Below, piece after piece: positions 10,442 to 20,182 of a DNA stretch of 64,000 bases. The stretch's first letter is position 1, and every line of letters starts with the position of its first letter. Under the pieces are notes generated by a model, which was not told the origin of the DNA, searched no databases, and saw only the letters and a program-made list of their open reading frames with translations. Origin of the DNA: Candidatus Latescibacterota bacterium (GTDB lineage Bacteria > Latescibacterota > UBA2968 > GCA-2709665); the NCBI GenBank assembly GCA_965208835.1, contig OZ242358.1:2592001-2656000 (forward strand). Direction: 5' to 3'. The position numbers and the translations under genes are program-made.

Positions 10442-10549
10442 ATCGTCTTGTCGGCGCTGGCGTGATCGGTTCGCAACCGGTTTCGCGGCGCTGTGGGCTG
10501 CAATGAGCGTTTCAGCACAGGCTGCGCAAAACCGCGCAAGGGAGACCTG

Positions 10550-13417
10550 ATGAAAGCCCTGTTATCGGCGCTTGAACGGGAACTGTCCGGCGAGGTGCGG
10601 TTCGATAAGGCCTCACGGATATTGTACAGCACCGATGCGAGCATGTATCAGATTGAACCGCTGGGGGTCGTTCTGCCCAGACATCGGCAGGACGTCCTGA
10701 GAGTCCTGAGGCTTGCCGGGGAATTCGGGGTACCCGTATTGCCGCGCGGCGGCGGGACGGCGCTTGCAGGACAGTGCGTGGGCCCTGGCGTGATCATGGA
10801 TTTGTCCAAGTTCATGAACAATATCCTCGAATTGAACGCGGAAGAGGGATGGGTGCGGGTACAACCCGGCGTTGTCCTGGACGAGTTGAATTCCTACCTG
10901 AAGCCATATGGTCTGCAATTCGCCCCCGACGTGGCCACGAGCAGCCGCGCGACGATCGGGGGGATGATCGGCAACAACTCGGCGGGAGCCCATTCGGTGA
11001 TCTACGGGAAGACCATCGACCATGTAATAGAACTCGAGGTGGCGCTCGCGGACGGTACCGAAACCCTGTTCAGGGAATTGTCCGATGAGGAAGTCGTCGA
11101 GAAAGCCGCACTGACGGGTCTGGAGGGCGGGGCATATCGTGAGGTCCTGCGGCTGGCCCGGACCCACCGGTCGGAAATCGATCGGCGGTACCCGAAAATC
11201 CTCCGTCGGGTGGGCGGTTACAACCTGGACGAATTCACGAAGCCGCAACCGTTCAATATGAGCCGTATGATCGTGGGATCCGAGGGGACCCTCGCCACTG
11301 TACTGGAGGCCAGGTTGCGCGTGATTCCGCTTCCGCGCGCCCGGGTGCTGGGCGTCGTGCAATTCGAGGACCTGATCGAGTCGATGGCGGCCGTCTCACC
11401 CATCCTCGAAACCGGACCGGCGGCGGTGGAACTGGTGGATCGCATGATTCTGGAGCAGACCCTCGGATCTATCGCCTTGTCCAGGCAACGCGGCTGGGTT
11501 GAAGGAGATCCGAAGGCGGTGCTCGTGGTTGAGTATTTCGGAGATTCGCTCGAAGCATTGACGCCGCGGCTTGACGCGCTCGAGGACGCCATGTCGAAAC
11601 AGGGTCTCGGCTACGGTTTCCGACGGGCCGTGTCGGCCGAAGAACAGGCAAATGTCTGGAACGTGCGCAAGTCAGGTCTGGGATTGCTGATGGGGGTCAA
11701 GGGGGATACGAAGCCGGTGGCATTCGTCGAGGACTCCGCAGTGTCGACGGAAAAGCTGCCCGACTATATCGGCGACTTCGAACGTATCGTGCGTGAGCAC
11801 GATACCACGGCCGGGTACTACGCACATGCAAGCGTGGGCTTGCTCCACATCCGCCCGATGGTGAATCTGAAGACTGCCGCCGGAGTGGCCAGAATGCGTT
11901 CCATCGCCGAGGCAATCCGGGATCTGGTGCTGAAGTACGGCGGAGCGATGAGCGGCGAACACGGGGACGGCCTGGCGCGAAGTTGCTGGAATGAACGCGT
12001 ATTCGGTTCCACGCTGTACAATGCGTTTCGGGAAATCAAACGCGCGTTCGACCCGCATGGGTTGATGAATCCGGGAAAGATCGTGGACGCGCCGATGATG
12101 ACGGAAAACCTGCGTTTCGGGCCCGCATACAGGGCTCAGGAGCCGCGCACTCACTTCGATTTTTCGGCCGACGGAGGATTTCATCGGGCGGTGGAAATGT
12201 GCAACGGCGTTGGCGCATGCAGAAAGAAACTCCATGGGACGATGTGTCCTTCATATATGGCTACACTCGACGAAGCCCATTCAACCCGGGGCAGAGCAAA
12301 CGCCCTGCGGGCCGCCATATCCGGCGGTCTCGAGGGCGGGCTGGCCGACGAGCGGGTCTATGAGATCCTGGACCTGTGTCTTGAGTGTAAGGCGTGCAAG
12401 TCGGAATGCCCGTCAAACGTGGACATGGCCAAGATCAAGTATGAATTCCTTGCGCATTACTACGGCACACATGGAAGGCCGCTGCGCGAGTGGCTGTTCG
12501 GAAACATCGAAACCCTGAACCGTGTCGGATGCGCGCTGGCGCCCCTCTCGAACTGGGTTGCCGGTACCGGGCTCGCCAGTGCGGGTATGCGGCTCCTTGG
12601 CATCGCGCCTGAAAGGGCATTGCCCCCGTTTGCGCGGCGTACGTTCACGGACTGGTTTGCCGGACGAGCGAAGCGGCGCCGTGACCGTAAGGTGGTGCTC
12701 TTCAATGACACGTACCTCACGTTCAATGAGCCCGAAATCGGCATTTCGGCCACGCGCTTTCTTGAAGCTGCAGGGTACGAGGTGATCCTGCCAGCGAAGC
12801 GGTGTTGCGGCCGGCCGCTCCTGTCCAGTGGCATGATAGAGCAGGTTAAGGAGAATCTGGCCTTCAATACGCGGCACCTGCATGCGTACGTTGCGCAGGG
12901 GTACGATATCGTGGGCTTTGAACCCAGTTGCGTCTCGATGTTGACGGACGACTACCCCGAACTAGACACGGATACCCGTGTCCGGGAGGTCTCCGAGCGG
13001 TGCTATACAATGGAGTCTTATCTGAGCCTTCTGGCGGAACGCGGCGAGTTGCGGGTGCCCTTTTCGGACCTGAAGAAGGAGATTCTCGTCCACGGACACT
13101 GCCATCAGAAAGCGCTCTGGGGCATCGCTCCCTCTCTCGACGTGTTGAATTTACCGCCCGGATATTCGGCATCGGCCATCGATTCGGCCTGCTGCGGTAT
13201 GGCCGGCGCATTTGGATATCAGGCGGAACACTACGACATTTCCCTGAAAATGGGCGAAGACCGGCTCCTGAAGGTCGTCCGGCAGGCGGGGCCGGAAACG
13301 GAAATCGCTGCCGCCGGACTGTCGTGCAGACAACAGATTCTCCATGCAACCGGACGGACCGCGCGGCACCCGATTCAGATTTTGTGGGAGGCGGTCGCAC
13401 ACGAAGAAGAAGCATGA
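10550..13417 (+). CDS. FAD-binding / Fe-S (GlcD-GlpC fusion, YdiJ-like) 2-hydroxyacid oxidoreductase
   Basis: PRGGGT, GSEGTL, SGEHGDG, CNGVGAC, CLECKACKSECP and two CCG domains. Confidence 0.92.
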   Translation: MKALLSALERELSGEVRFDKASRILYSTDASMYQIEPLGVVLPRHRQDVLRVLRLAGEFGVPVLPRGGGTALAGQCVGPGVIMDLSKFMNNILELNAEEGWVRVQPGVVLDELNSYLKPYGLQFAPDVATSSRATIGGMIGNNSAGAHSVIYGKTIDHVIELEVALADGTETLFRELSDEEVVEKAALTGLEGGAYREVLRLARTHRSEIDRRYPKILRRVGGYNLDEFTKPQPFNMSRMIVGSEGTLATVLEARLRVIPLPRARVLGVVQFEDLIESMAAVSPILETGPAAVELVDRMILEQTLGSIALSRQRGWVEGDPKAVLVVEYFGDSLEALTPRLDALEDAMSKQGLGYGFRRAVSAEEQANVWNVRKSGLGLLMGVKGDTKPVAFVEDSAVSTEKLPDYIGDFERIVREHDTTAGYYAHASVGLLHIRPMVNLKTAAGVARMRSIAEAIRDLVLKYGGAMSGEHGDGLARSCWNERVFGSTLYNAFREIKRAFDPHGLMNPGKIVDAPMMTENLRFGPAYRAQEPRTHFDFSADGGFHRAVEMCNGVGACRKKLHGTMCPSYMATLDEAHSTRGRANALRAAISGGLEGGLADERVYEILDLCLECKACKSECPSNVDMAKIKYEFLAHYYGTHGRPLREWLFGNIETLNRVGCALAPLSNWVAGTGLASAGMRLLGIAPERALPPFARRTFTDWFAGRAKRRRDRKVVLFNDTYLTFNEPEIGISATRFLEAAGYEVILPAKRCCGRPLLSSGMIEQVKENLAFNTRHLHAYVAQGYDIVGFEPSCVSMLTDDYPELDTDTRVREVSERCYTMESYLSLLAERGELRVPFSDLKKEILVHGHCHQKALWGIAPSLDVLNLPPGYSASAIDSACCGMAGAFGYQAEHYDISLKMGEDRLLKVVRQAGPETEIAAAGLSCRQQILHATGRTARHPIQILWEAVAHEEEA

Positions 13418-13695
13418 GTCTCCACCGGCGAATTCATGTCCGGGTTACGGGTGTCGTTCAGGGAGTGGGTTTCCGTTTTTTCGTATGTCGCGTTGCACGG
13501 AATCTGGGCCTGGTCGGGTACGTGCGCAATTGCGCCGACGGGAGCGTGGAGCTTGAGGCGGAAGGCGAACCCTCCGGCGTTACGGCCCTGGTCGACGCGG
13601 TCAGCACGGGACCTCCGGGCGCCGACGTCCGGGATACATTCGCGCAGCCGCGCCCTGTTCCGGGTCCGGAGTCCGGATTTGAGATCCGATGGTAG
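13414..13695 (+). CDS. acyP: Acylphosphatase
   Basis: VTGVVQGVGFRFF, GYVRN..DGSVE; ATGA overlap with the upstream gene. Confidence 0.93.
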   Translation: MSLHRRIHVRVTGVVQGVGFRFFVCRVARNLGLVGYVRNCADGSVELEAEGEPSGVTALVDAVSTGPPGADVRDTFAQPRPVPGPESGFEIRW

Positions 13696-13710
13696 AGAGA
13701 GGGGCACCTC

Positions 13711-14223
13711 GTGAATCTATTGAAATACATCCGTGAAGTACCCGATTTTCCGAAACCGGGCATCCTCTTCAAGGACATCACAACCCTGTTGAAGGACCCC
13801 GCGGCACTCGACACCGCCGTTCGGCGCCTCGCGGACCCGTACCGAAATGAGGACGTGTCTGTTGTGGCGGGAATCGAGTCCAGGGGTTTCATTCTCGGCG
13901 CTGCCGTGGCCCGGGATCTGGGTGCGGGATTCGTCCCGATCCGGAAATCCGGCAAGTTGCCGTCGCAGACCGCTTCGGCGGACTACGTGCTGGAGTATGG
14001 TACGGACAGCATCGAGATTCATACCGACGCGGTCGTTCCCGGACAGCGTGTGCTTCTCCTCGATGATCTGCTGGCGACGGGCGGTACGATGGAGGCCGCT
14101 GTCAGTCTGGTCAAGGGACTGGGCGGTCAGATTCCCGGTATTTCCTTTCTCATCGAGTTGACGTCACTCGACGGCCGCTCGAGGCTGAAGGGAGAAAACG
14201 TGACGACGCTGCTTTCCCTTTAG
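13711..14223 (+). CDS. apt: Adenine phosphoribosyltransferase
   Basis: PDFPKPGILFKDIT, ESRGF, RK.GKLP, LEYG, DDLLATGGT. Confidence 0.97.
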   Translation: MNLLKYIREVPDFPKPGILFKDITTLLKDPAALDTAVRRLADPYRNEDVSVVAGIESRGFILGAAVARDLGAGFVPIRKSGKLPSQTASADYVLEYGTDSIEIHTDAVVPGQRVLLLDDLLATGGTMEAAVSLVKGLGGQIPGISFLIELTSLDGRSRLKGENVTTLLSL

Positions 14224-14238
14224 CAGCTTGTTGAAAAT

Positions 14239-14311
14239 GCCCCTGTAGCTCAGAGGATAGAGTAGCGGATTCCTAATCCGTTGGTCGCAGGTTCGAGTCC
14301 TGCCAGGGGCA
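14239..14311 (+). tRNA. tRNA-Arg (anticodon CCT)
   Basis: Acceptor GCCCCTG/CAGGGGC, D arm TAGCTCAGAGGATAGAG, anticodon loop TTCCTAA, T arm GGTTCGAGTCC; CCA not encoded. Confidence 0.96.
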
Positions 14312-14536
14312 TTTGAATCAAGCGGTGTGGAGCGGCGGTTCGCTCCGCGAAAAACGTCCCGTGAGGTCAATCCTCATGGGAAGTTGCGTTTTAACGCTCT
14401 CGTTGCCGAAATTCGCGCCTGGCGAGCGTTCATCCGGAGTCTCGAGCGGCATCGCCCTGGACTCTGCGACAATCTGTTATTCGCATCGAAATTCGGTTGG
14501 CGATTCTGCCCTGCGTTCTCATGAGGTCTGGCCGCT

Positions 14537-14977
14537 GTGGGTTTTCGGATCAACGAGGCATTGCTGTTGCCCTATCCCCGGGAGCAAGTCTTCCGGTTCT
14601 TTTCGGATGCCCGGAATCTGGGGCGACTCACACCGCCGTGGCTCAGGTTTTCCATAAGAAGCGACCTGCCCATCGAAGTGGGGGAAGGCACGGTCATCCG
14701 ATACAGCATCAGGATTCGAGGCGTACCGGTAGGCTGGGTGAGTGAGATTACCGAATGGCGTCCGCCGGTCGAGTTTTGCGATGTGCAACGCCGTGGGCCT
14801 TACCGCTTCTGGATCCATCGGCATATATTCGAGTCGGTACCGGACGGTACGCGGGTTATCGACAGGGTCGATTACGACGTCCCCGGCGGAGCGGTGGTCA
14901 ATCGTCTGTTCGTTGCGGGCGAATTGAGACGGATATTCGCTTACCGGAAGGCGAAGCTTGTCGAACAGTTTTCGTGA
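14537..14977 (+). CDS. SRPBCC (START-like) family protein
   Basis: VFRFFSDARNL..LTPPW, F.D.Q.RGPY..W.H.H.F, IFAYR. Confidence 0.85.
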   Translation: MGFRINEALLLPYPREQVFRFFSDARNLGRLTPPWLRFSIRSDLPIEVGEGTVIRYSIRIRGVPVGWVSEITEWRPPVEFCDVQRRGPYRFWIHRHIFESVPDGTRVIDRVDYDVPGGAVVNRLFVAGELRRIFAYRKAKLVEQFS

Positions 14978-15146
14978 AAAAACGCGGTCGCGTCCATCGG
15001 TCCCGATCCGGAAGCCGAGTCGCCGAGGCCGTGGATCGACCGGGTGAACGGGCAACCTGAAATCGCGGATGGACGTGTCACAACCTTGGTGTACCCGGCT
15101 TCGGTGTCGGGCTTCCCTCCCGGCCGCGTCGCGGAGGGCAAAAGGG

Positions 15147-15175
15147 TTGACATCGGTCCTGGAATGCCATACTAT
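15147..15175 (+). promoter_or_regulatory. Sigma70 promoter TTGACA-N17-TACTAT
   Basis: Perfect -35, 17-nt spacer and good -10 upstream of two small ORFs. Confidence 0.7.
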
Positions 15176-15314
15176 TTGGTCGAACAGAAGCAGTACCGTG
15201 CGCCGGTGCCCCCTGCTTGCCGGCATTCAGCCGCGTATGGAACCTGCTCGACCCGCAATCGGAACATCACGTGATGGTCTCGCCCGGCTGCCATGAGAGA
15301 TCGGGAGGCGTAGG

Positions 15315-15662
15315 ATGTCCAAGGGACCTGACGGATATTCAGAAGACGATCGGATATTGGCGCGTCTCGTGGATCCGGTCGATGTCGAGGCGTTTTCGAA
15401 TCTGATGGAACACGCCCACCAGAGGGGCATGAGCGCTGCGGATTTTATCCGCGAAGTACCTGAGCGAACGTCGAGAAAGGCGATTCGGCGGCTGTGTTTG
15501 AAAGACAGAAAGCAAACGATGCGCACAAGATTATCCTCGATCGCCAGGAATCTGTGGGGGCGCCCGGCGGAGGATCCGGAATCGACTTACATTCAGTCAC
15601 TCTACACACCCCGCGACCGGCGGCAGGTGCCGGGGCGGAACGGACAGAAACCCAGGCAATGA
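15315..15662 (+). CDS. Hypothetical protein, possible ribbon-helix-helix-like segment
   Basis: GGAGG RBS; AHQRGMSAADFIRE resembles CopG/RHH helices. Confidence 0.55.
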   Translation: MSKGPDGYSEDDRILARLVDPVDVEAFSNLMEHAHQRGMSAADFIREVPERTSRKAIRRLCLKDRKQTMRTRLSSIARNLWGRPAEDPESTYIQSLYTPRDRRQVPGRNGQKPRQ

Positions 15663-15841
15663 TGCAGGAATACCGACAGGCGCTGCAGGTGCATATTCAC
15701 GAACTGGAAGAACTGGTCGAGGCGATGCTTGTACACGCACGATCCGGTAATCAGGAGGCCAGGGAACGGCTGGTCCACGTGCATCGCGAGGTGATGAACA
15801 AGCGGCATCGCCTCAAGGACCTGTACAGGCAGGACGGCTGA
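15659..15841 (+). CDS. Small helical hypothetical protein (60 aa)
   Basis: ATGA overlap with the previous ORF; amphipathic coiled-coil-like composition. Confidence 0.5.
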   Translation: MMQEYRQALQVHIHELEELVEAMLVHARSGNQEARERLVHVHREVMNKRHRLKDLYRQDG

Positions 15842-15928
15842 AGGTCGGGTAACGTCAAGCGGAATATGGCAGGCCGGCTCCGGGAGATTTCCGGGAGTTG
15901 CGCCGCATGTTTCGCCTTTTTTTAATCC

Positions 15929-16363
15929 ATGCGCACTGAAATGCGAATTCTCGCGGTAGACTACGGCCGACGCCGCGTGGGGCTGGCGGTTTCCGACGAA
16001 CTGGGACTGGCCGCGCGTGGGCTGCCGACGGTACGGGCGCATTCACGAAGTTCGGCCGTCAGCTCCGTGGCGCGGGTGGCCTCGGACGTCGGGGCGGCTG
16101 CACTTCTGGTTGGTCTGCCGCTCAATATGGATGGAAGCAGAGGTCCCATGGCCGAAGCGGCCGAAGCGTTCGCTGTTGCACTGAAACGAACGACGGGGCT
16201 GCCTGTTCGTCTCTGGGATGAGCGGCTTACCACGGTTGCCGCGCGGCGCACGATGCGGGAGGCAGGTGTCAGGGATCGGAATAAAGAGGGAACACTGGAT
16301 CGAATGGCGGCGGTCTTACTCCTGAACAACTATCTGCAGGCGCAGGATTCGGCGGAACCCTGA
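15929..16363 (+). CDS. ruvX: RuvX/YqgF pre-16S rRNA nuclease
   Basis: ILAVDYGRRRVGLAVSD, VGLPLNMDG, WDERLTT, D..AA. Confidence 0.95.
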   Translation: MRTEMRILAVDYGRRRVGLAVSDELGLAARGLPTVRAHSRSSAVSSVARVASDVGAAALLVGLPLNMDGSRGPMAEAAEAFAVALKRTTGLPVRLWDERLTTVAARRTMREAGVRDRNKEGTLDRMAAVLLLNNYLQAQDSAEP

Positions 16364-17442
16364 TGCGAAACCAGGACGAACACAGCCTCGCGTCTAACGA
16401 CTCAGGCGTCCGCCCGTCCCGGAGGCCAGCCGCCTTCGGGACGGCGGTTGTTCGTTCAATAATCGTACTCTTCGGCGCTGGCATTGCAGGCCTGCTGCTG
16501 GTGGTTCTCGCCTTGAACCGGCCCACCGGATCAGGCGCAAAGGAAATCGTCATTCAGAAGGGGATGACGGTAAAACAGATCGGAGAGTTGCTGCACCGGG
16601 AAGGCGTGATCAGAAGTCCGAGGCTTCTGGTCCTGTTTTCCGTGTTCGATGGAACCAGCAGGCGCCTCAAGGCTGGAATACACCGGTTCCCCGAAAACCT
16701 CAGCACCTGGGAAGCTCTCAAAAAACTTGCCTTTTCCAGAGACGAGTTTCGGAGTGTGACCCTCCCTGAGGGCATGACCCTCACGCGGACCCTCGAGGTC
16801 CTTGCCTCGGAACTGAAGCTGGACCGGCAGAAGATGCAGCGGCTCGCGTCCGATCCTGGATATTGCCGACGGTTGGGTGTACCTGCGGACAACCTTGAGG
16901 GATACCTGTTTCCTGAAACATATCAGATTCCGTTGATCAAGGATGAAGAGCAGGTCATCCGGATGCTGGTACGGCATTTCTTCACGGTTTTTGACAGCAC
17001 GATGGCTGAACGAGCGCATCAGACCGGCCTGTCGGCGCATGAAGTCGTCACGCTGGCATCGATAATCGAAGGTGAAGCGCTTTTGGACAGGGAACGCGCG
17101 ACAATTTCGGCTGTGTACCACAACCGGTTAGAGCAACGGATGTACCTTCAGGCCGATCCGACGGTTCAGTATGTCATCGAGGACGGACCCCGCAGGCTGT
17201 TTTACAGGGACTACAAGATTGACTCTCCCTACAATACGTATCGCCATCGCGGTCTGCCACCGGGTCCCGTGATGAATCCGGGGGCCGCGTCGTTGAGGGC
17301 GGCGCTGTACCCGGAAGATGTTGATTATCTCTATTTTGTAGCGAGGGGAGACGGATCGCACGTGTTCAGCAGGACCGTCCGCGAACATGAAGAAGCGAAG
17401 CGAAGGACCAGATCGGCCAGGAGACGCAGCTGGCGGAGGTAG
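16363..17442 (+). CDS. mltG: Endolytic transglycosylase MltG
   Basis: TM anchor, PEG, LEGYLFPETY, LASIIE.E, LQADPT, SPYNTY..GLPPGP. Confidence 0.95.
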   Translation: MRNQDEHSLASNDSGVRPSRRPAAFGTAVVRSIIVLFGAGIAGLLLVVLALNRPTGSGAKEIVIQKGMTVKQIGELLHREGVIRSPRLLVLFSVFDGTSRRLKAGIHRFPENLSTWEALKKLAFSRDEFRSVTLPEGMTLTRTLEVLASELKLDRQKMQRLASDPGYCRRLGVPADNLEGYLFPETYQIPLIKDEEQVIRMLVRHFFTVFDSTMAERAHQTGLSAHEVVTLASIIEGEALLDRERATISAVYHNRLEQRMYLQADPTVQYVIEDGPRRLFYRDYKIDSPYNTYRHRGLPPGPVMNPGAASLRAALYPEDVDYLYFVARGDGSHVFSRTVREHEEAKRRTRSARRRSWRR

Positions 17443-17450
17443 GGGACGGG

Positions 17451-19706
17451 TTGAAACCGGAAACCGAGAAGATGCGGTCGATACTGGAAGGTTTGAACGA
17501 ACAGCAGCGAGAGGCGGTGTGTGTTGTGGACCGCCCGGTTCTGGTGCTGGCGGGGGCCGGATCCGGAAAGACGCGTGTGCTGACACACCGTCTCGCGTAC
17601 CTGATCGAAGCCTGCGGCGTCCATCCCGGCGCGATTCTGGCCATGACCTTCACCAACAAGGCCGCGGGTGAAATGAATGGCCGCGTGGAGAATCTGTTGA
17701 ATCGCAATACCCGGGGCATGTGGCTGGGGACGTTCCACTCACTCTGCGCGCGCATTTTGAGGAGGGAGTCGGGGGCTGCCGGCCTCGACTCCGATTTCTC
17801 CATTTACGACGCCGCCGACCAGCTTGCATTGATACGACAGGTCATTCGAGATCAGGAGATCTCCGAGCGGCAGTTTCCGCCGCGGCAGGTTCGCGCGCGG
17901 ATCAGTTCCGAGAAAAGCCGGATGGTCGATCCGGTCTCTTTCGCCAATCGTACCGGCTCCTTCTACGAGCAGCAGGTCGCCCGGATCTACCGGCAGTACC
18001 AATCGGCCCTGCAACAGAACAACGCCGTGGATTTCGACGATCTCCTGATGTTGACCGTGCAGGTTTTCACGGAGGATTCTGAGATCCTGGCGCGGTACCG
18101 GAACCGGTTTGAGTACTGCCTGATCGACGAGTACCAGGATACCAACCGGCCGCAGTATCTCTTCGCGCGACTGCTGGCGGAAGAACACGGCCGTATCTTC
18201 GTGGTTGGAGACGACGACCAGAGCATCTATGCCTGGCGCGGCGCGGATCTGGGAAACATCCTGAATTTCGAAAAGGATTTCCCGGACGCGTGCGTTGTCC
18301 GCCTTGAACAGAACTACAGGTCGTCACAGGTGATTCTCGACGCGGGAAACGCCGTGATTCGCAACAATCTGGGGCGGAAGGGGAAGGAACTCTGGACGAG
18401 TCGGGACCGCGGCGAACCGATTCAGCTCTTCCGATGCGCGGACGAAGTGGAGGAGGCCCGGCGGATCGCTCGTGAATTGAAGCGTCTGCGAACGCTATAT
18501 AGTTACGGTCAGTTCGCCGTATTGTATCGTACGAACGCTCAGTCCCGGGCCCTGGAAGACGGTCTGCGATACGGGGCGATTCCATATGTGATCGTGGGGG
18601 GGGTTCGATTCTACGAGCGACTGGAAGTCAAGGACATGCTCGCTTATCTGAGGCTGATCGTGAATCCAAGCGATTCGATCAGTCTCTATCGAATCGTCAA
18701 TACCCCGCGCCGCGGAATCGGCCAGTCCTCGCTTGAGAAACTGGATTCCTATGCGACGGGCGAGGGCATCGCACCTTTTGAGGCGCTGTCTCGCGCCGTC
18801 GACATTGAGGGCCTCACCGCTCGCGCGAGAAGTGCGATGGTCGAGTTTCACAGCATGATCGATGAATTCCGGAGCCGCTTGGAGGACGAGCCGGCCCACG
18901 TGCTGGCGGCGCACGTCGTACAGGAAACGGGTTATCTGCAGACGCTGGAAGACCGCACACCGGCCGAGACCATCTCCCGCTCGGAGAATGTACAGGAACT
19001 GCTGGCGGCCATCGAGGAATTCGCACAACGATCCGACAACCCTTCGCTGTCGGCATTTCTAAGGGAGGTCGCGCTGGTCACCGACGTGGATCAGTGGCGC
19101 GAAGAGGCCGATGCGGTGACGCTGATGACGCTGCATAGCGCCAAGGGACTCGAGTTTCCTGCGGTGTTTATTACGGGTCTGGAAGAAGGCTTGTTCCCTA
19201 TCCTGAGGGATCAAGACGATCCGGTTGCCGAAGACGCGGCCGTGGAGGAGGAGCGGCGGTTGTTCTACGTGGGCGTCACGAGAGCGCAGGACCGGCTCCA
19301 TCTGACCTGTACCGAACAGCGCCGGCGTTACGGAGGATCGACGGTCAATGCCGAATCCAGATTCCTGCGGGAGATTCCGGATGGTCTGATTGTTCGAGGC
19401 GGAGCCGATTCAGTGGTTCTTCCAACATCGAAGTCGACGAACAAACCGGGAGGCGGCGACCCTGACCCGATGGAAGCGGGCACCGCCGTCAGGGAGGTTT
19501 CGCCGGCATCCGGGCCGACGAACAGACCGAATGACGACGACCCGTTCCCCATGGAAGCCGGCGCCGCCGTTCTCCATCCAACCCTGGGACGGGGGCACAT
19601 CGTGGATAGGTCCGGAAGCGGTCCGGATACCAAACTCACGGTATGCTTTCAGGACGGTTCAACGAAAAAGGTGGTCGTCCGATTCGCCGGTCTTCGGCCG
19701 GGATGA
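17451..19706 (+). CDS. uvrD: UvrD/PcrA superfamily 1 DNA helicase
   Basis: AGAGSGKT, TFTNKAA, DEYQD, VGDDDQSIY, QNYRS, TLHSAKGLEF, EERRLFYVG. Confidence 0.96.
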   Translation: MKPETEKMRSILEGLNEQQREAVCVVDRPVLVLAGAGSGKTRVLTHRLAYLIEACGVHPGAILAMTFTNKAAGEMNGRVENLLNRNTRGMWLGTFHSLCARILRRESGAAGLDSDFSIYDAADQLALIRQVIRDQEISERQFPPRQVRARISSEKSRMVDPVSFANRTGSFYEQQVARIYRQYQSALQQNNAVDFDDLLMLTVQVFTEDSEILARYRNRFEYCLIDEYQDTNRPQYLFARLLAEEHGRIFVVGDDDQSIYAWRGADLGNILNFEKDFPDACVVRLEQNYRSSQVILDAGNAVIRNNLGRKGKELWTSRDRGEPIQLFRCADEVEEARRIARELKRLRTLYSYGQFAVLYRTNAQSRALEDGLRYGAIPYVIVGGVRFYERLEVKDMLAYLRLIVNPSDSISLYRIVNTPRRGIGQSSLEKLDSYATGEGIAPFEALSRAVDIEGLTARARSAMVEFHSMIDEFRSRLEDEPAHVLAAHVVQETGYLQTLEDRTPAETISRSENVQELLAAIEEFAQRSDNPSLSAFLREVALVTDVDQWREEADAVTLMTLHSAKGLEFPAVFITGLEEGLFPILRDQDDPVAEDAAVEEERRLFYVGVTRAQDRLHLTCTEQRRRYGGSTVNAESRFLREIPDGLIVRGGADSVVLPTSKSTNKPGGGDPDPMEAGTAVREVSPASGPTNRPNDDDPFPMEAGAAVLHPTLGRGHIVDRSGSGPDTKLTVCFQDGSTKKVVVRFAGLRPG
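19413..19574 (+). repeat. Degenerate 81-bp tandem duplication in the UvrD C-terminal linker
   Basis: VVLPTSKSTNKPGGGDPDPMEAGTAVR followed by EVSPASGPTNRPNDDDPFPMEAGAAVL. Confidence 0.75.
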
Positions 19707-19838
19707 CCTGAAGCCATGCGGACAGCCGGCACTTCGCCTTCATCGCCAGAATCCTCTTGATTTCGACCCTGATTTGGCCCATATTACAATCACAGTGAAG
19801 AACGGATAAAACCTCAATCCATTTTCATGGGTTTTTTT

Positions 19839-20126
19839 GTGTCGGTAGCGCTGGAAGACGTCCGAAAGGTTGCGCAGCTCGCCCGGCTGAGGTTCGACAA
19901 GGCGGAAGAGGAACGGCTGGTTGCCGACCTGAATCAGATGCTTGACTATGCGGCTGCTCTCGAGAAACTGGACACGGCCGACGTTGCGCCGACGTCGCAC
20001 GTACTGCCGGTCTGTAACGTGTTTCGTGAGGATGCACCCGTTGCGTCTCTGTCTCAGGCAGAGGCGCTGTCGAATGCGCCGAGTTCAGGCTACGGCCATT
20101 TCAGGGTTCCGAAAGTCATTGAATAG
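19839..20126 (+). CDS. gatC: Asp/Glu-tRNA amidotransferase subunit C
   Basis: V.KVA.LARL, LDT.DV.PT.H, NVFRED, L.NAP, FRVPKVI. Confidence 0.93.
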   Translation: MSVALEDVRKVAQLARLRFDKAEEERLVADLNQMLDYAAALEKLDTADVAPTSHVLPVCNVFREDAPVASLSQAEALSNAPSSGYGHFRVPKVIE

Positions 20127-20130
20127 GATT

Positions 20131-20161
20131 CGGCGGCGGGATTTCAACACCGCCGTTTTTT
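20131..20161 (+). terminator. Intrinsic terminator-like hairpin between gatC and pyrG
   Basis: CGGCGG...CCGCCG followed by TTTTTT. Confidence 0.55.
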
Positions 20162-20182
20162 ATTGGGCACTTGGAGGAGCGG

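Noticed and set aside
15044-15274. 76-aa ORF between SRPBCC and the small gene pair
   Set aside because: It overlaps a consensus promoter and has no RBS or motif; probably non-coding
14239-15900. tRNA-Arg as the integration site of an island or prophage
   Set aside because: No integrase seen, and no repeat of the tRNA 3' end noticed in the window
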